Of a DNA stretch of 64,000 nt, positions 39,045-51,301 are shown piece after piece. Origin of the DNA: Octopus sinensis (lineage: Eukaryota); NCBI RefSeq assembly GCF_006345805.1, contig NC_042998.1, forward strand, positions 158,782,001 through 158,846,000, read 5' to 3'. Position 1 is the first letter of the stretch, and each line of letters begins with the position of its first letter. The position numbers were made by a program, and so were the translations under genes. Under the pieces are notes generated by a model that saw nothing but the letters and a program-made list of their open reading frames with translations, had not been told where the DNA came from and did no database searches.

Positions 39045-39265
39045 AGACAGCGAGCTGACAAAATCGTCGGCACACGGGGAAAAAACGGTTAAAAGTATTT
39101 CTTCCATCTCTTTATGATTTGAGTTCAAATGCTACCGAAGTCTGTTTTGCTTTTCATTCTTTCGGGGTCAATGGAATAAGTACCAGTGAGTCTTAGGTTC
39201 GATGAAGACGACTAGTCCCTTTCTCTAAAGTTGCTGGCCTTGTGCCAACGTTTTAGATCAATATT
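39045..39265 (+). mobile_element. SINE family A
   Basis: GCGAGCTGACAAAATCGT..GAGTTCAAAT..TTTCGGGGTCAATGGAATAAGTACCAG. Confidence 0.7.
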
Positions 39266-40579
39266 TTGAGTTACTCAAGATACTGCACAATGGGATCGAA
39301 ACCGGAAACACGAAGTTGCGAAGCGAACTTCTTAACCAATCTTATGTTCACATGAGCCAAAAATACGAACTAGAGACTTCCTTGACTAGTTGATTGGCGA
39401 ATATCAAATCGATTCTTGTGTTGCATCTTAAATATCTTATGGCATTGTCATTATATGTGGCCTGTAGTGATCGTGTATCGTTGACGCGAGTCCCCCCACT
39501 CCTCAGTGTATATTACACAAATCACTATTCACTGCATGAATTATTAAATTCGCAATATATCAACATAGTTAATTCCTCTAAAGAGAAAATATTTTATTGG
39601 ACCGTCTTGTCTCCTCTTTTCTTCACATTCTGGATTCCTCTGTCGTCTGCTCAACCCACTTTCTCAGCTATATAAGTATGTTTGTGTGTGTGTGTATGTA
39701 TGTATGTCTGCATATATATATATATATATATTTATATATGTGTGTGTGTGTATGTATATATTACACATAGGGAGAGAAAGACAGATCGAGAGGAAGGGTA
39801 GAAGGTACTCACACACATACACAACACGCATACACACGTACACACATAACTATATACACAAAGATAGAGACAGGCAGGTAGAGAGTTAATTTTAGAAATC
39901 AACTACAATTCATAATTGAATTAAAGAGGTGAAAACCAACACTAAACAATGAAAGCGATTTACACTTCTTCCATCTATTTCAATAGTTCGACTTTAAAAT
40001 GCCTTTGTCAAAAGTAAAAATGGTGAGTTATTGTAGCTCTAATTTTCCCAGTAATTCCAGGACGTACATTTGTGAAGTACATGGATTATCTGTCTTATAT
40101 TAGCAAGTTTAAACCCTGAGATTCTTGCCTGTTTTTGGTTGAATTCCGTGAGCCCTTATATTCCTGATATTTTATTTTGTGGGATATGACAATTGTTCAG
40201 ATGTTTTTCTAAGGGAAGAAGCATTTGTATTAATGTGTTAATTTGTTTTAAATGCTATTTCCAACGTAAAATTTACAGCAATTATTACATGCTAATTAGT
40301 TAATATAACACGATCGATCTGCGCATGTCGCATCCCCATTACTGTACAAGCATTGCTCATCAGAGCTGCTCTAATTCTTCATTTTTTCTTCTTTTGATAA
40401 AGGCAGTTTGAGTCCGAATTATATGAAAACAAGTTAAAGTGATTTTTTCTGTATTGTTATTTTGTTTTACTCCTTTATTTCCAGCTTGCACTGTAGTGGC
40501 TTCTCAAAATTCTTTTAGTTCCATTTCACAATGCTTCAAATACGCTGCAATGCGCTCGGGCACGCGTCTGTGTGTGGGC

Positions 40580-41045
40580 GTTGGCATAGCTGTGTATTTA
40601 AGAAGTTTGATGTAAACAACAATGTGACTTCCAGTTCAGTAATTCTGCGCTGCACTCAGGACAAGTGTCTTCCTCTAATAAGACGTGGATTTAATACACA
40701 GAGGCTGTAGTGATGCCTATTGTGTGTATGTATGTATGCAATGCTATGCATGCATGTATGTATGTTTGTATGTATATGTGTATGTATGTATACATGCATA
40801 TTTGCATGCATGCATGTTTTTATGTATGTGCAAGTGATCGAGTGATTGTTTCTGTGTGCGTGGAGTGGAGTGTATATTTTTCACCACTGCACAAATGGTG
40901 TTGGTTTTTATTTACGACATCGTAACTTAGCGTAACTGGTGCTTAAAATTAGTGCTGGCATCACTTTGAGGAAACAAAGGGAACAAATCCTTCAAGGTGG
41001 TTCCACATCACGGCCGAAGTTCCATGGCTGAAAGCAGAAAAAGAG
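40580..41045 (+). mobile_element. SINE family B, diverged
   Basis: GGCATAGCTGTGT..GGACAAGTGTCTTC..CGTAACTTAGCG..CTTCAAGGTGG. Confidence 0.55.
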
Positions 41046-41476
41046 CAAAAATATTATTTGTGCCATTAGCTAGTGATTCGGCACAAAAGAGCGATAGAAT
41101 AAGTTCCGGAATTAAAGTAATATAGGAATACAATTCTTCAAGGCCCCAGCTTGAACGGAGTCTAAAGGTTGAAATAAGTAAAAGATAAAGATAAAAGATG
41201 TGTCTGTGTGTGTGTGAGTGTGTGCACGCGCGCGAATGTGAGTGCGTGTGTGGCACGTATGTTTCACTATTTTGACATCATCATTTTGCCTTTTATTTGT
41301 AAATGTTTACTCTACTTTTCTTCCCCTTCTCTCTTTCTCTATCCTTCTCCTCTGTCTTACTCCATCCTCCTCTCTCTCTCTCTCCGTCCTTTCTGTTTCT
41401 CCATCAGCCTCCTCTTTCCCCTATACTTTCACTCTCCTGTATCTCCCCCCTCGTTTCTCCCCTCTCTCTTTCTCTC

Positions 41477-41509
<33 letters not shown>

Positions 41510-42574
41510 TTCTGTTATCAATAAGATCCCAACTTCAGGGCAAATCGTTTGAATATCAGATAAGGTCAAGAACACATTCACAAAATTCACGCTTGACCTT
41601 TTTCTGCCGCCCCTCCAGTTTCAGCAGCAACGAAACATCAACGTTAATCAAAAACAATCAGTAAAATTCAAGAAGTGTAGCCGTCGTCCGAGGCGGCTAA
41701 AAGTCAATTGAGAAGGACAAAGAAATGAAGAAAAGGAAAGAAGTGAAGAGTGCAGCGTATGAGAGTGTCGCTGTGAGATAAAATATTTAACGATTATCCC
41801 AACTTTTGTCACCATTTAAAGATATTTCCCTTCCCTTACATCACGCAAGATTTCAGTGTCAGATTCCAGTTCTTCTCCTACTTTAAAATAACAATTTTGT
41901 ATTCAATGAAACGAAGATAATGTTACAAATCAACGATGGTGTGGAATTTCAGAGAAGTAAGCTAAATATAAGAACTTTAAGGGTAGCCTTGGCAAACATT
42001 AGCAACATATCTTTGTTACAGTACATATCAGTTTTAGTGAATTATTTCCATGCTTAATGAATAAATATAGACACTTTCCTATTATCGACAGCCATTTTTA
42101 ATATTTACTGAAGGATTAGTACTCTCGGAATAGCTATCGCTACCTCATAGTGACTGGAAATAAGGAAATGTATGATTGTTCCCTTCTGTGAGGGAACTTT
42201 TTGTCCAAACCATTTGATTTTTTTTTCACATTTTTGCTCTTCAAATCCTTTAGTAAATAGCAAAAATATCGCAGATGATAATAGGAGAGTACCTAAACAT
42301 ATATAAAACCTCGCTATATAAATAGATTCTGCGGTTCGACTTGAGCGAACTAATAAAAAAGGTGTCTTATTAGTTTCACCTGGTTATTGCTGGACCAAAA
42401 GGAATGTTGACTTCGATCGTTTCTTCGTTCGTTCCAGAGAGGTAAAGAGAGAGGGAGAAAAATAGAAACGCAGAGAGAGAGACAGGCAACTGTTTGCAAA
42501 AAATGCTGAGTAACAAGCACTGATTTTATTCATTTGCATATCAGAACACTTTTATAGGTGTTCGTATTAATCAA

Positions 42575-42611
<37 letters not shown>

Positions 42612-42659
<48 letters not shown>

Positions 42660-42875
42660 TTATGTGTTTGTGTTTGTCCCCCACCCCACCACTTGACAAC
42701 CGATATTGGTATGTTTATGTCCCCGTAACTTAGCAGTTCGGCAAAAATGACCGATAGAATAGGTACTAGGCTTACAAGGAATAAGTGCTGGGGTCGATTC
42801 GTTCGACTAGAGGCGGTAGGCGGTGCTCCATAATGGCTACAGTGAATTGACTGAAACAAGTAAAAGAATAAAAGA
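42612..42875 (+). mobile_element. SINE family B 3' half
   Basis: CCACTTGACAACCGAT..CCCCGTAACTTAGCAGTTCGGCAAAA..GACTGAAACAAGTAAAAGA. Confidence 0.75.
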
Positions 42876-43229
42876 ATACCGTTCATGGAAAACGTAAAGT
42901 CACAGTTATGGTCTGGTCATATATTTTTCCAAGCACTATTCAAGGTTGGGGATTCATTTCATCCCATGACTCAGCAATGTCATCCATTACATTGAACCTC
43001 TTCGAGAAGTCTGAAACTGTAGGTTTATCCTCCTATCAGCTGCTTTCAGAGCTTGTTTGAAAGATTTCCACAGGTAATATGCCTTGAAGTTAGCTATCAC
43101 AGCTTGATAGATTACTTGGAATAAAGTCGTTGCATTCTTGCGGACATTTTCTACTTGCACACTATCAGAAAGCTTATGATGTAAGTTCACTGACTGATTA
43201 AGAGCATATACTGCACACACACACACGAT

Positions 43230-44060
43230 ATCACAAAAATGCATACACACTACTCTTTGAATAAAGCAAATTTACCCAATGTTGCTACTGGAAGTTTAAA
43301 ATCGCAGTTGCAGTTCAAAGACGGTTTAGAAGCGAGTTTCAAAGTTCCATCTACGTGGCTTACTATTACTCGGATCAGAGATATGTTTGAAGCAGATGGA
43401 ACTGTTCAGAATATCCACAAGAAAAGTTCCGGAAGACTGCAGTCATTGACAATCCCTTCGAATCGAGAAAGTATACTATAAACGTATTGGCAGAGTTTAA
43501 GCAAATCTATGCGACAAGTGGGTTGCAAGATAGACATTTCGAAATAAAGCGTCCATCGTATTGTGAAGCGCTGTCATTGGAAAAGTTATATCCCAAGATA
43601 TGCACTCAATGAAAATTATCTAGACCGAAGAGTGGAGTTTTATGCGTGGTACTTGGCAAGACGTGTAGATGCACACTTTCCTAAAAAGATCATTTGAAGT
43701 GATAAGGCTACATGTAAATTGTTCAATTGTTCACCATACTTGCACCTACCTGGGACCTGAGAATCTGCATATTATGGAGGAACTTCATGTTAATTTACCA
43801 GAAGTTACAGTATGGTAATGAAAATGATTAGTTACAACATTCTTTTTTACGGTATTGTAACTGGTCTCATTTACTTGAATTTGCTGCAGCAATCTGTCAT
43901 GTAAAGCATTCAGATGGACTTTGAAGATGTAGAGCTTTCATTTCCAGCAAGATGGAGTACCCTCACACCATCATATTAATGTTTCCTGGTAATAGCGATT
44001 CCACTGCTTCGCGTTATCAGCAATGACTGGACCAGAACAGTCATCAGTTTGAAAACAGGC
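43230..44060 (+). pseudogene. decayed Tc1/mariner-superfamily transposase
   Basis: IRDMFEADGTVQ..KSSGR; [12 protein letters not shown]; DRRVEF; KII*SDKAT; FQQDGVPH DDE/D remnants, with many stops. Confidence 0.65.
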
Positions 44061-44116
44061 GCTCGTAAAACATTTAAATTCTCTCTCTTTTTCTCTCTTT
44101 CTCTCTCTTCCTCCCC

Positions 44117-44152
<36 letters not shown>

Positions 44153-44651
44153 TAAACAAACAAACATGCACACAGACATATCTCAGACATGATATAAAAA
44201 TTCATTACACAATGCATAGCATATTCACAAATCAAATAACCTAGACACATTTTGTAAAAAGTATATGCATTTAATTTTTTTCTGTATATCAATTTCAGTA
44301 TCTTTAGAAAGTTTTCAGTAATGGGAAAGTGGGAATATGCAAATTTGTCATAAAAGCAATATAACAAAATAGGAAAGAAGGTAAGGTAAAAAGAGAACAA
44401 GTGAAGAAAACAAGAAAGCAGGCAAAGAAGACGAAGAATAGAAAATAGTTTACCCAAGATGATAATTCCGCTTAAAGAACAAACAAAGAAAAATCATAAG
44501 AACTTTCACAATTTTCAGACGCCAACATTTTGCAAGAAGTTTAATAAAATAAATTAATAAGACTTATTCATAAAATATAGTAGGCTTTTGTAGAAATTTT
44601 GTTGCTGGGTCTCCCACCACCAACACCACCACTACCACCACCACCTCCTTT

Positions 44652-44655
44652 TCTT

Positions 44656-44742
<87 letters not shown>

Positions 44743-44822
44743 GTTATTGTTGTTGTTGTTGTTGTTGGCGTTGTCGTCGTCGTCATCATCATCATCATCC
44801 TCATTATTATTATTATTATTAT
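44652..44822. repeat. compound trinucleotide microsatellite (CTT/ATT/GTT/ATC)
   Basis: Directly visible. Confidence 0.95.
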
Positions 44823-45070
44823 GCCTCCCACTATTTTTGCTGAAAGGTGGGAGAATGTGGCAAGGATTGCTCATATGACTGGGCCTACTCTGAACATGTG
44901 CTTGAGGCCAGAGGAGTCGAGAGGGATTGAGGTGCCTACCTGAGGCACCCTTGGCAGTGAAGTCGTAATGACTAGGATGACTGGGGTTCCTCGATTGACC
45001 TTGAGGGAATCTTACCCCTTTTGGGGAATTTTTATTGTTTAATTTTATTAATTGCTATTGTTATCTATTT
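44822..45070 (+). mobile_element. possible L1/Tx1 3' end
   Basis: FAERWENVARIAHM resembles the Tx1 ORF2 C-terminus; followed by a T-rich tail. Confidence 0.4.
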
Positions 45071-45175
45071 TATACACGCCATTGTACCAGATCCCACTTA
45101 TCGCTTGTGCAATATTGTCCCTATTTATTTTGGGTTCGGCCTTTGTGACCAAGAAAGAAAACATTATTATTATTA

Positions 45176-45231
<56 letters not shown>

Positions 45232-46719
45232 TATTATTATTATTATTTTTGAGTGGAAGAGTAACGCATGCCATCAAAGTGACACTGGGGCACAAATATA
45301 CGAAGCCTAATATACCCATCATGACTACCCGTCGGATAAGGGTACACAAGACACATACACGACACAAGTTTATGTGCGCAACACGGTGATCTCATAAACA
45401 GAACATGACCTTGCAGGCGAGGCCCAGTAAGAATTTTTGTCTTGTGGGGTTGCCCATCCCTCTTAAAAGACTTGTTTAAGGATGATGGACATAATAGCCA
45501 TGTTTCCAGAGGTGAATTATTCAAACTCCAAAGAATTACTCTCAACACATGGCTATGATATTCACCCACTTCTTCTGCTCATGATCAAAGATGCACGTAT
45601 TGTCAGCTACTAGGGACATACTCAAATAGATAAGGTCAAGCAACTGACAAGCAAATCTGTGGAATTGAGCAGAATAGCTGTAGCCCATCATTTATACCAA
45701 AATATGTACATGGTAATACTTCCAATCAGTTAAGATCAGAAGCCATGAAAGCCACTGCTTGGCACTTGCTCGTCTATCGATATATATCGCACATCGCTCA
45801 CGTAATTTTGTTGTTATTTACATTGTTACACAAAGTTATATATTGAACATTTTTTATCATTATAGAAATATACTAACCAGGACCTTAGTGAGCTGGTTAC
45901 TTCTTCGCAATCTGTAGCCTTTAGAGGCTATTTTGGGGTTTGTTTACCAGACGCACCCCTCAATTTTTGTCTAAAATTATGGCGGAAGAAGATTGCAGAA
46001 CAGAACAGCCAAGTTAGGGACAACCGCAGCAGTAACAATAACAACAATAACATGCCATGGGAAATGTACGAAAATAATTTTCCACTGCAGTCAGCAACGC
46101 CATCACCAAATACAAGCATAACAAAAGAGATCAATAACAACAAAATGCAACATTAGCTAGAACACTGCCACCTAAACCACCACCACCACCACCACCACCG
46201 TCAGTGGCTATAACAATCCTACCATCATCACCACTAACATCATTAACGAAACAAACTAGAACAACGAAAATAAACCGTGTAAATCTTGTGTTAGCGGTTT
46301 TGCAGACGCGACGCGGTAAATAAATGACGAAATTATTGTAAATGAAAATAAATGTAAAAGTGCAAAATGTACGTTGGAGAAATGTGAGTGGAATGTGTCA
46401 CTGAAATTCCCTAGATCTGTTTAGCAAGAAACCAATTTGCGGATATTTCTATATAAAACTATTGGAACAAGAAGTAAAAGAAAAGTGCAGGTAGCACATC
46501 AGCAGTTACAAAAATGTCTGCGACCAATTTAGAAAAGCAGCACTTATATAGCCATTGGGAAATATATGGAACTGATCAAAGTGAGATTCGCCTCAGAGCA
46601 GTTGACTAAAACGCACTCAATGAACACCTAACGAGTGACGAACTCATCTTCATTTCCATTTACCATGGCCGAAGGTTGTTTAAAATAAGAATGTTAAATA
46701 TACAACCAGAAATCAACAT

Positions 46720-48545
46720 CTGCTGGTTAGTGGCAGCGGTTCTCTTTGGCATAGAATAGAAAACCAGACACAGAGAATATAGATGCAGAACTGTTTAGGA
46801 CAAGTAGTGCAGTAGTTAATACAGGCGGATAAGGCAAGCGTCAAGGCCATCGCGGATTTACAACCCTACCAGCTTCACGTGACTGTTGAGGGAGAAGGCC
46901 AAGATGTCCTCTGTGCGTGTCACAAATCACTGCAAAGCCTTTTGCCCACAGCAAAGGGAATCAACACTCCTGCCGATACCATCGCCAGCACCATCACCAA
47001 AACACCAACAGAAAATACATCAATAACAGCACCAACAGAGTAGTTGACTAAAACACCACCAACAGAACCGAAACTAACAGCTGCGAAAACAGTAGCAACA
47101 TCAGTTTACTGCACCATCCACAACAGCAGCCTCACCAACAACGACTACAGCATCAGAAAAAAAATACAAAGTAAAACCAATAGCTACTGCCACAAAACAC
47201 GAAAAAACCTCTCCAGAATATACCCCTCTCCTCTTCGGACCATCGGACATGTCTTGTGATGAGCCTAAATGGCAAACGGTCACCAAGGTCAAGAAAAGAA
47301 AAGGGGGCAAAAACACCAACACAAAAAGCTGCTAGATACGAACAAATGGAGGAGACACCCTTGAACAACAATGCTCAAACACCTCAAACACTAACATTGT
47401 CAGCATGATCTCCATCGCTACCACATCTACTTCCACTATCACAGACACCACCACTACAAGTACGACCTAATTCACACGCGCAACAAACAGTTTGATCACA
47501 AATCCCAATCTACGATTAAGTAACTCTCTTCTCTGTCTATTTCATTGTCCAATATTGCCTTGTTTGGGATAGGTAACATCAATGTACGTGGCCTAGTGTT
47601 GCCTGCAAAACAGGGTCACCTACTCAATGACCTCTGGTCACTATGTTTAGATGTTGTGGCTGTCAGTGAGACCAGACGCTCCGAGCGACGACTTTTAAAG
47701 CCCATTTTCGGTGGATACTTCAACCGGGAATGGGGGGTGGCACTGTGGTGTTGTTCAGGAGAGGTCTGGATGTTGAAGCTATCTTCCTGGACCCATAAGG
47801 TAAGTTGGTGGATCTAGATGTCTGGATGTGGAGAGTGACCACAGGGGAATGTTCAGACTGGGGGACAACCGTATTTCTTCAGACGTCTGGAAGTTTTCCT
47901 GGGAATGTCTAGACCTTTAGTGCTAATAGGTGACTGGGTGCCGTCTTGCACGCACGCTTAGATTGTGTGGGGCTAGCTATTAGAAGAGGGCGATGCAAAA
48001 GCCTCGCAAACCGGCTTAAACATTTTCAACTGTTTGACAGGCACCGATTGGAATTTCTTGACATGCCAATTTGGAGATGGATGAACCGCATCGGTCATCT
48101 GGATCATATGTTGATAGAGTATTTTGTAGGCTACACAGACCACAAATTCATGATCTGTACAGTCGACCTAGATAGACTTCGTAGACAGGGACGCGGCGTG
48201 CCTGGCTTACTGGATTAGCAAATTAGTTAAGCGGGCGTTGACAGGGGAAATCATCAATAACAACTGGTGGTTTGCCTTGGAAAGGTCAATTAGAGTAGAG
48301 TTGATTAGGTTTAGTAAGGTATGGGCGATAGAAAGAAATAGAATAGAGGCAAACTAGAAACTTATTAGAGGCACTTAGAAAAGGCATCGCAAACGATGTG
48401 CTGGCGGTGAGATTGTCCCTGGATCAATTCTTCAACACTAAGTAGAATGGATGCGTTTTCAGAACTGAGAAACGAAAGTCACTCGATGGGCTCGAGTGGC
48501 AGAGACACAACGTGGAATCAAATCCACAATTCAGCCTTTGGTGAA
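46720..48545 (+). mobile_element. decayed L1/Tx1-clade LINE (ORF1 remnant + APE endonuclease)
   Basis: IGNINVRGL..LDVVAVSETR (47570-47675), LVLIGDW, YTDHK are APE motifs; upstream Thr-rich region and WQTV..RKGGK. Confidence 0.7.
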
Positions 48546-48738
48546 ACAAAGACACACATACACACACATACACACATAAGTACACAGCGAAATATATAAA
48601 CACAGAAATTAAAACGTAAAAATATAAACACGTACCACAGTAGAAGTTTACAAGTGACTCAAGGGCTGAGAGTTTTGCGCATGTCAGTAAATTTTTCATA
48701 GGTGTCATGGAAGAAACCCTCAGCCACTGAGTTACACA

Positions 48739-48953
48739 CGAGGGTGTGCTGAAAAGTTTCTGCCTTTTGCTAAAAGAAACTATAGGAGGATCAGTTAATT
48801 ATGATTTTATTCAACATATTCCCCTCTCAGATTCACACTCTTATTGAAGCGGTCCTTCAATCATTCTAAAGCCCTGTAAAAGAACTCAGAAGGTTGACCT
48901 CCATCCAGGCCTTTAGAGATGCCCTTAAAGCCAGGAACTTTTCAACACTCCCG
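48739..48953. mobile_element. mariner-type MITE
   Basis: Imperfect TIRs CGAGGGTGTGCTGAAAAGTT..TG and CAGGAACTTTTCAACACTCCCG; 215 bp, non-coding. Confidence 0.7.
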
Positions 48954-48979
48954 TGTATGTATGTAGGCATGTTTGTATG

Positions 48980-49452
48980 TATGCCATTATTCAGTTAATT
49001 TCAAGATTTCTTGCCAATATGGAAAGACCCGGTTTATAATGAAAGATCCAAGGGTCCTTCATAGGAAGTTCAACATCAACAACAGGATATTTTGTTTGTT
49101 TGTATGTATGTATGTATTATGTATGTATGTATGTATGTGCAGATTTGTATGTTTTTTTTGAATATCTACATTTATATATAGTTGCATATCTAGGCATGCT
49201 CATATATATTTAAATGATTAACTTCTGGAAAGTTTTACAGATTATTATAATTCCAGTGATGGATTGAATTTATAGTCTTCGGATTAGCTTTCTCCTTCCT
49301 GATTTTGAGAAGCCTAATTTCTCAAGATTGGTATTTAGTCAGTGTTTTACATATCCCAGGGCCCCAACAATTACAGGTATGAACCTGAACTTGTAATCTG
49401 GATAGATCACTGCAGATTTCTTAGTAGGTCAGTATAGGTATTCTCTTTTTCA
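48980..49452 (-). mobile_element. RLE non-LTR retrotransposon 3' end embedded in (ATGT)n (not in ORF track)
   Basis: Manual translation KENTYTDLLRNLQ..YPDYKFRFIPVIVGALGYV..LEKLGF..LIRRL*IQSITG..ICKTF. Confidence 0.6.
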
Positions 49453-49494
49453 TGTATGTATGTATATGTATAAGAATGTATGTATGTATATATA

Positions 49495-49975
49495 CGCTCT
49501 GGCATGGCTGTGTGGTAAGACGTCTGCTTCCCATCCACATAATTCTGTGTTCAGTCCCACTGTGTGGCACCGTGGGCAGGTGCCTTTTACTGCGGCATCG
49601 GGCCGATCTAAGCCTTGTGAGTGGGTTCGGTATGGAAACTGAAAGAAGCTCGTCGTAAATATATACATATATATATATATGTGTGTGTGTGTGCGTGTGT
49701 GCGTGTGTGTGTGTGTGCGCGCGCGCGTGTGTGTGTATGTGTGTGTGTGTGTGGTGTGTGTGTGTGTGAGCGTATGTGTTTGTCTTCGACTACCATTTGA
49801 TAACCGATGGTGGTGAGTTTACGCCCCCGTAACAAAGCGATTCGGCCAAAGAGGCTGAGAGAACAAGTACCATGTTTAAAAATTAAGCAGTCGTGTCAAT
49901 TCGTTCGACTAAAATTCTTCAAGGCAGTGCCCCAGCATGGTCGCAGTCTAATGACTAAAACAAGTAAAAGATAAT
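49495..49975 (+). mobile_element. SINE family B, full length
   Basis: GGCATGGCTGTGTGGTAAG..TTCAGTCCCACTG..(TG)n..GTGCCCCAGCATGGTCGCAGTCTAATGACT. Confidence 0.8.
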
Positions 49976-50020
49976 ATATGCATATTATGTTTTGTACAGA
50001 TGGATTGCTCCGTGCTTTTT

Positions 50021-50094
<74 letters not shown>

Positions 50095-50223
50095 CTTATA
50101 AAATATTATCCTTGGTATCAAATCAATAACTGATTGTTGTCTGTGTTATTAAACTAACAATATTCGTCAATCTGCAACTACCTCTTGTTACCGTTGTTAT
50201 ATGTGTTACTGTTGTTATTGTTG

Positions 50224-50255
<32 letters not shown>

Positions 50256-51064
50256 AGTTGTGGTGGAAGTGGTGTTGGTGGTAGTGAGGGTGGTGGCTAT
50301 GTTATTCTTATTGTTTTTACTAGACTTGTTAGTATTGCTGTTATATTGCTGTTTGTTTCTTATATTATATGGCTGGCTGTTCTGTTATATCGCTATATCG
50401 TTGCATGGTTTAATTAATGCTATTATTATTCTTAATTATCTTGTTTTTCGTTGCTGTTTGTTAGGGTTATTTTTATTTATTTATTTATTCATATCAATAT
50501 CATGCAATTTGTGAACAATAGTACTGCTTGTTATAGGTTCCAACCGACTAATCACAAGTTTCCTGCATGTCCAATTGTATGAAATGCGAAGGGAGTGTCC
50601 GTTTCATTCGGTTAAAATAAAAATCACAATGCATTTTTGCTCAATACACCGGTTATATCGTTAGTTTTCTCATTGATGTATATATATCATTATTGTTGCT
50701 GTTGTTGTTGTTGTTTTTATTATGGCTGTTAATGTAACTAGTTTATGTGAAGTGGTAAAATCGTTAGAGGCGTCGGACAATATCACTGTAGACAATTTTT
50801 CAGTTATTGGCCTTTTAAGTTCTGAGTTCAAATCCCATCAATAACGACGTTGTCTTTTGTCCTTTTAGAGTCGTTAAAATAGAGTATGAATCGAAGACCG
50901 AAACTGATTGTGGACTAAACTTTGCTCCCATATTTGCAGCCTTGTACTTATGCTAGAAATGGAGAAATTATTATTATTATCATAATTAGATTGTTGTTCT
51001 TGTTGCTGTTGTTGCTGTTGTTACTGTTGTTGTTGTTGCTGCTATTGTTGTTGTTGTTGCTGTT

Positions 51065-51251
51065 AAGGTGGCGAGCTGGCAGAACTGTTTGCGCGCCGGT
51101 CAAAATACTTAGCGGCACTTCGTCCCTCCTTACGCTCTATGTATGACTTTGCCTTTCATCCTTTCAGAGACGATAAATTAAGTGCTAGTGAAAAACTGGG
51201 CTCGCGTAATCAACATTTCCCCTCTCCACAAATTTCAGGCCTTGTGCCTTT

Positions 51252-51255
<4 letters not shown>
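51065..51255 (+). mobile_element. SINE family A
   Basis: AAGGTGGCGAGCTGGCAGAA..GACTTTGCCTTTCATCCTTTC. Confidence 0.75.

Positions 51256-51301
<46 letters not shown>

Noticed and set aside
41540-41800. Possible promoter or first exon after a CT-rich tract
   Set aside because: Only compositional hints; no ORF or unambiguous splice donor.
45250-45765. Probable interspersed repeat tail(s) next to (ATT)n
   Set aside because: Single copy in the window with no translatable motif, so the family cannot be assigned.
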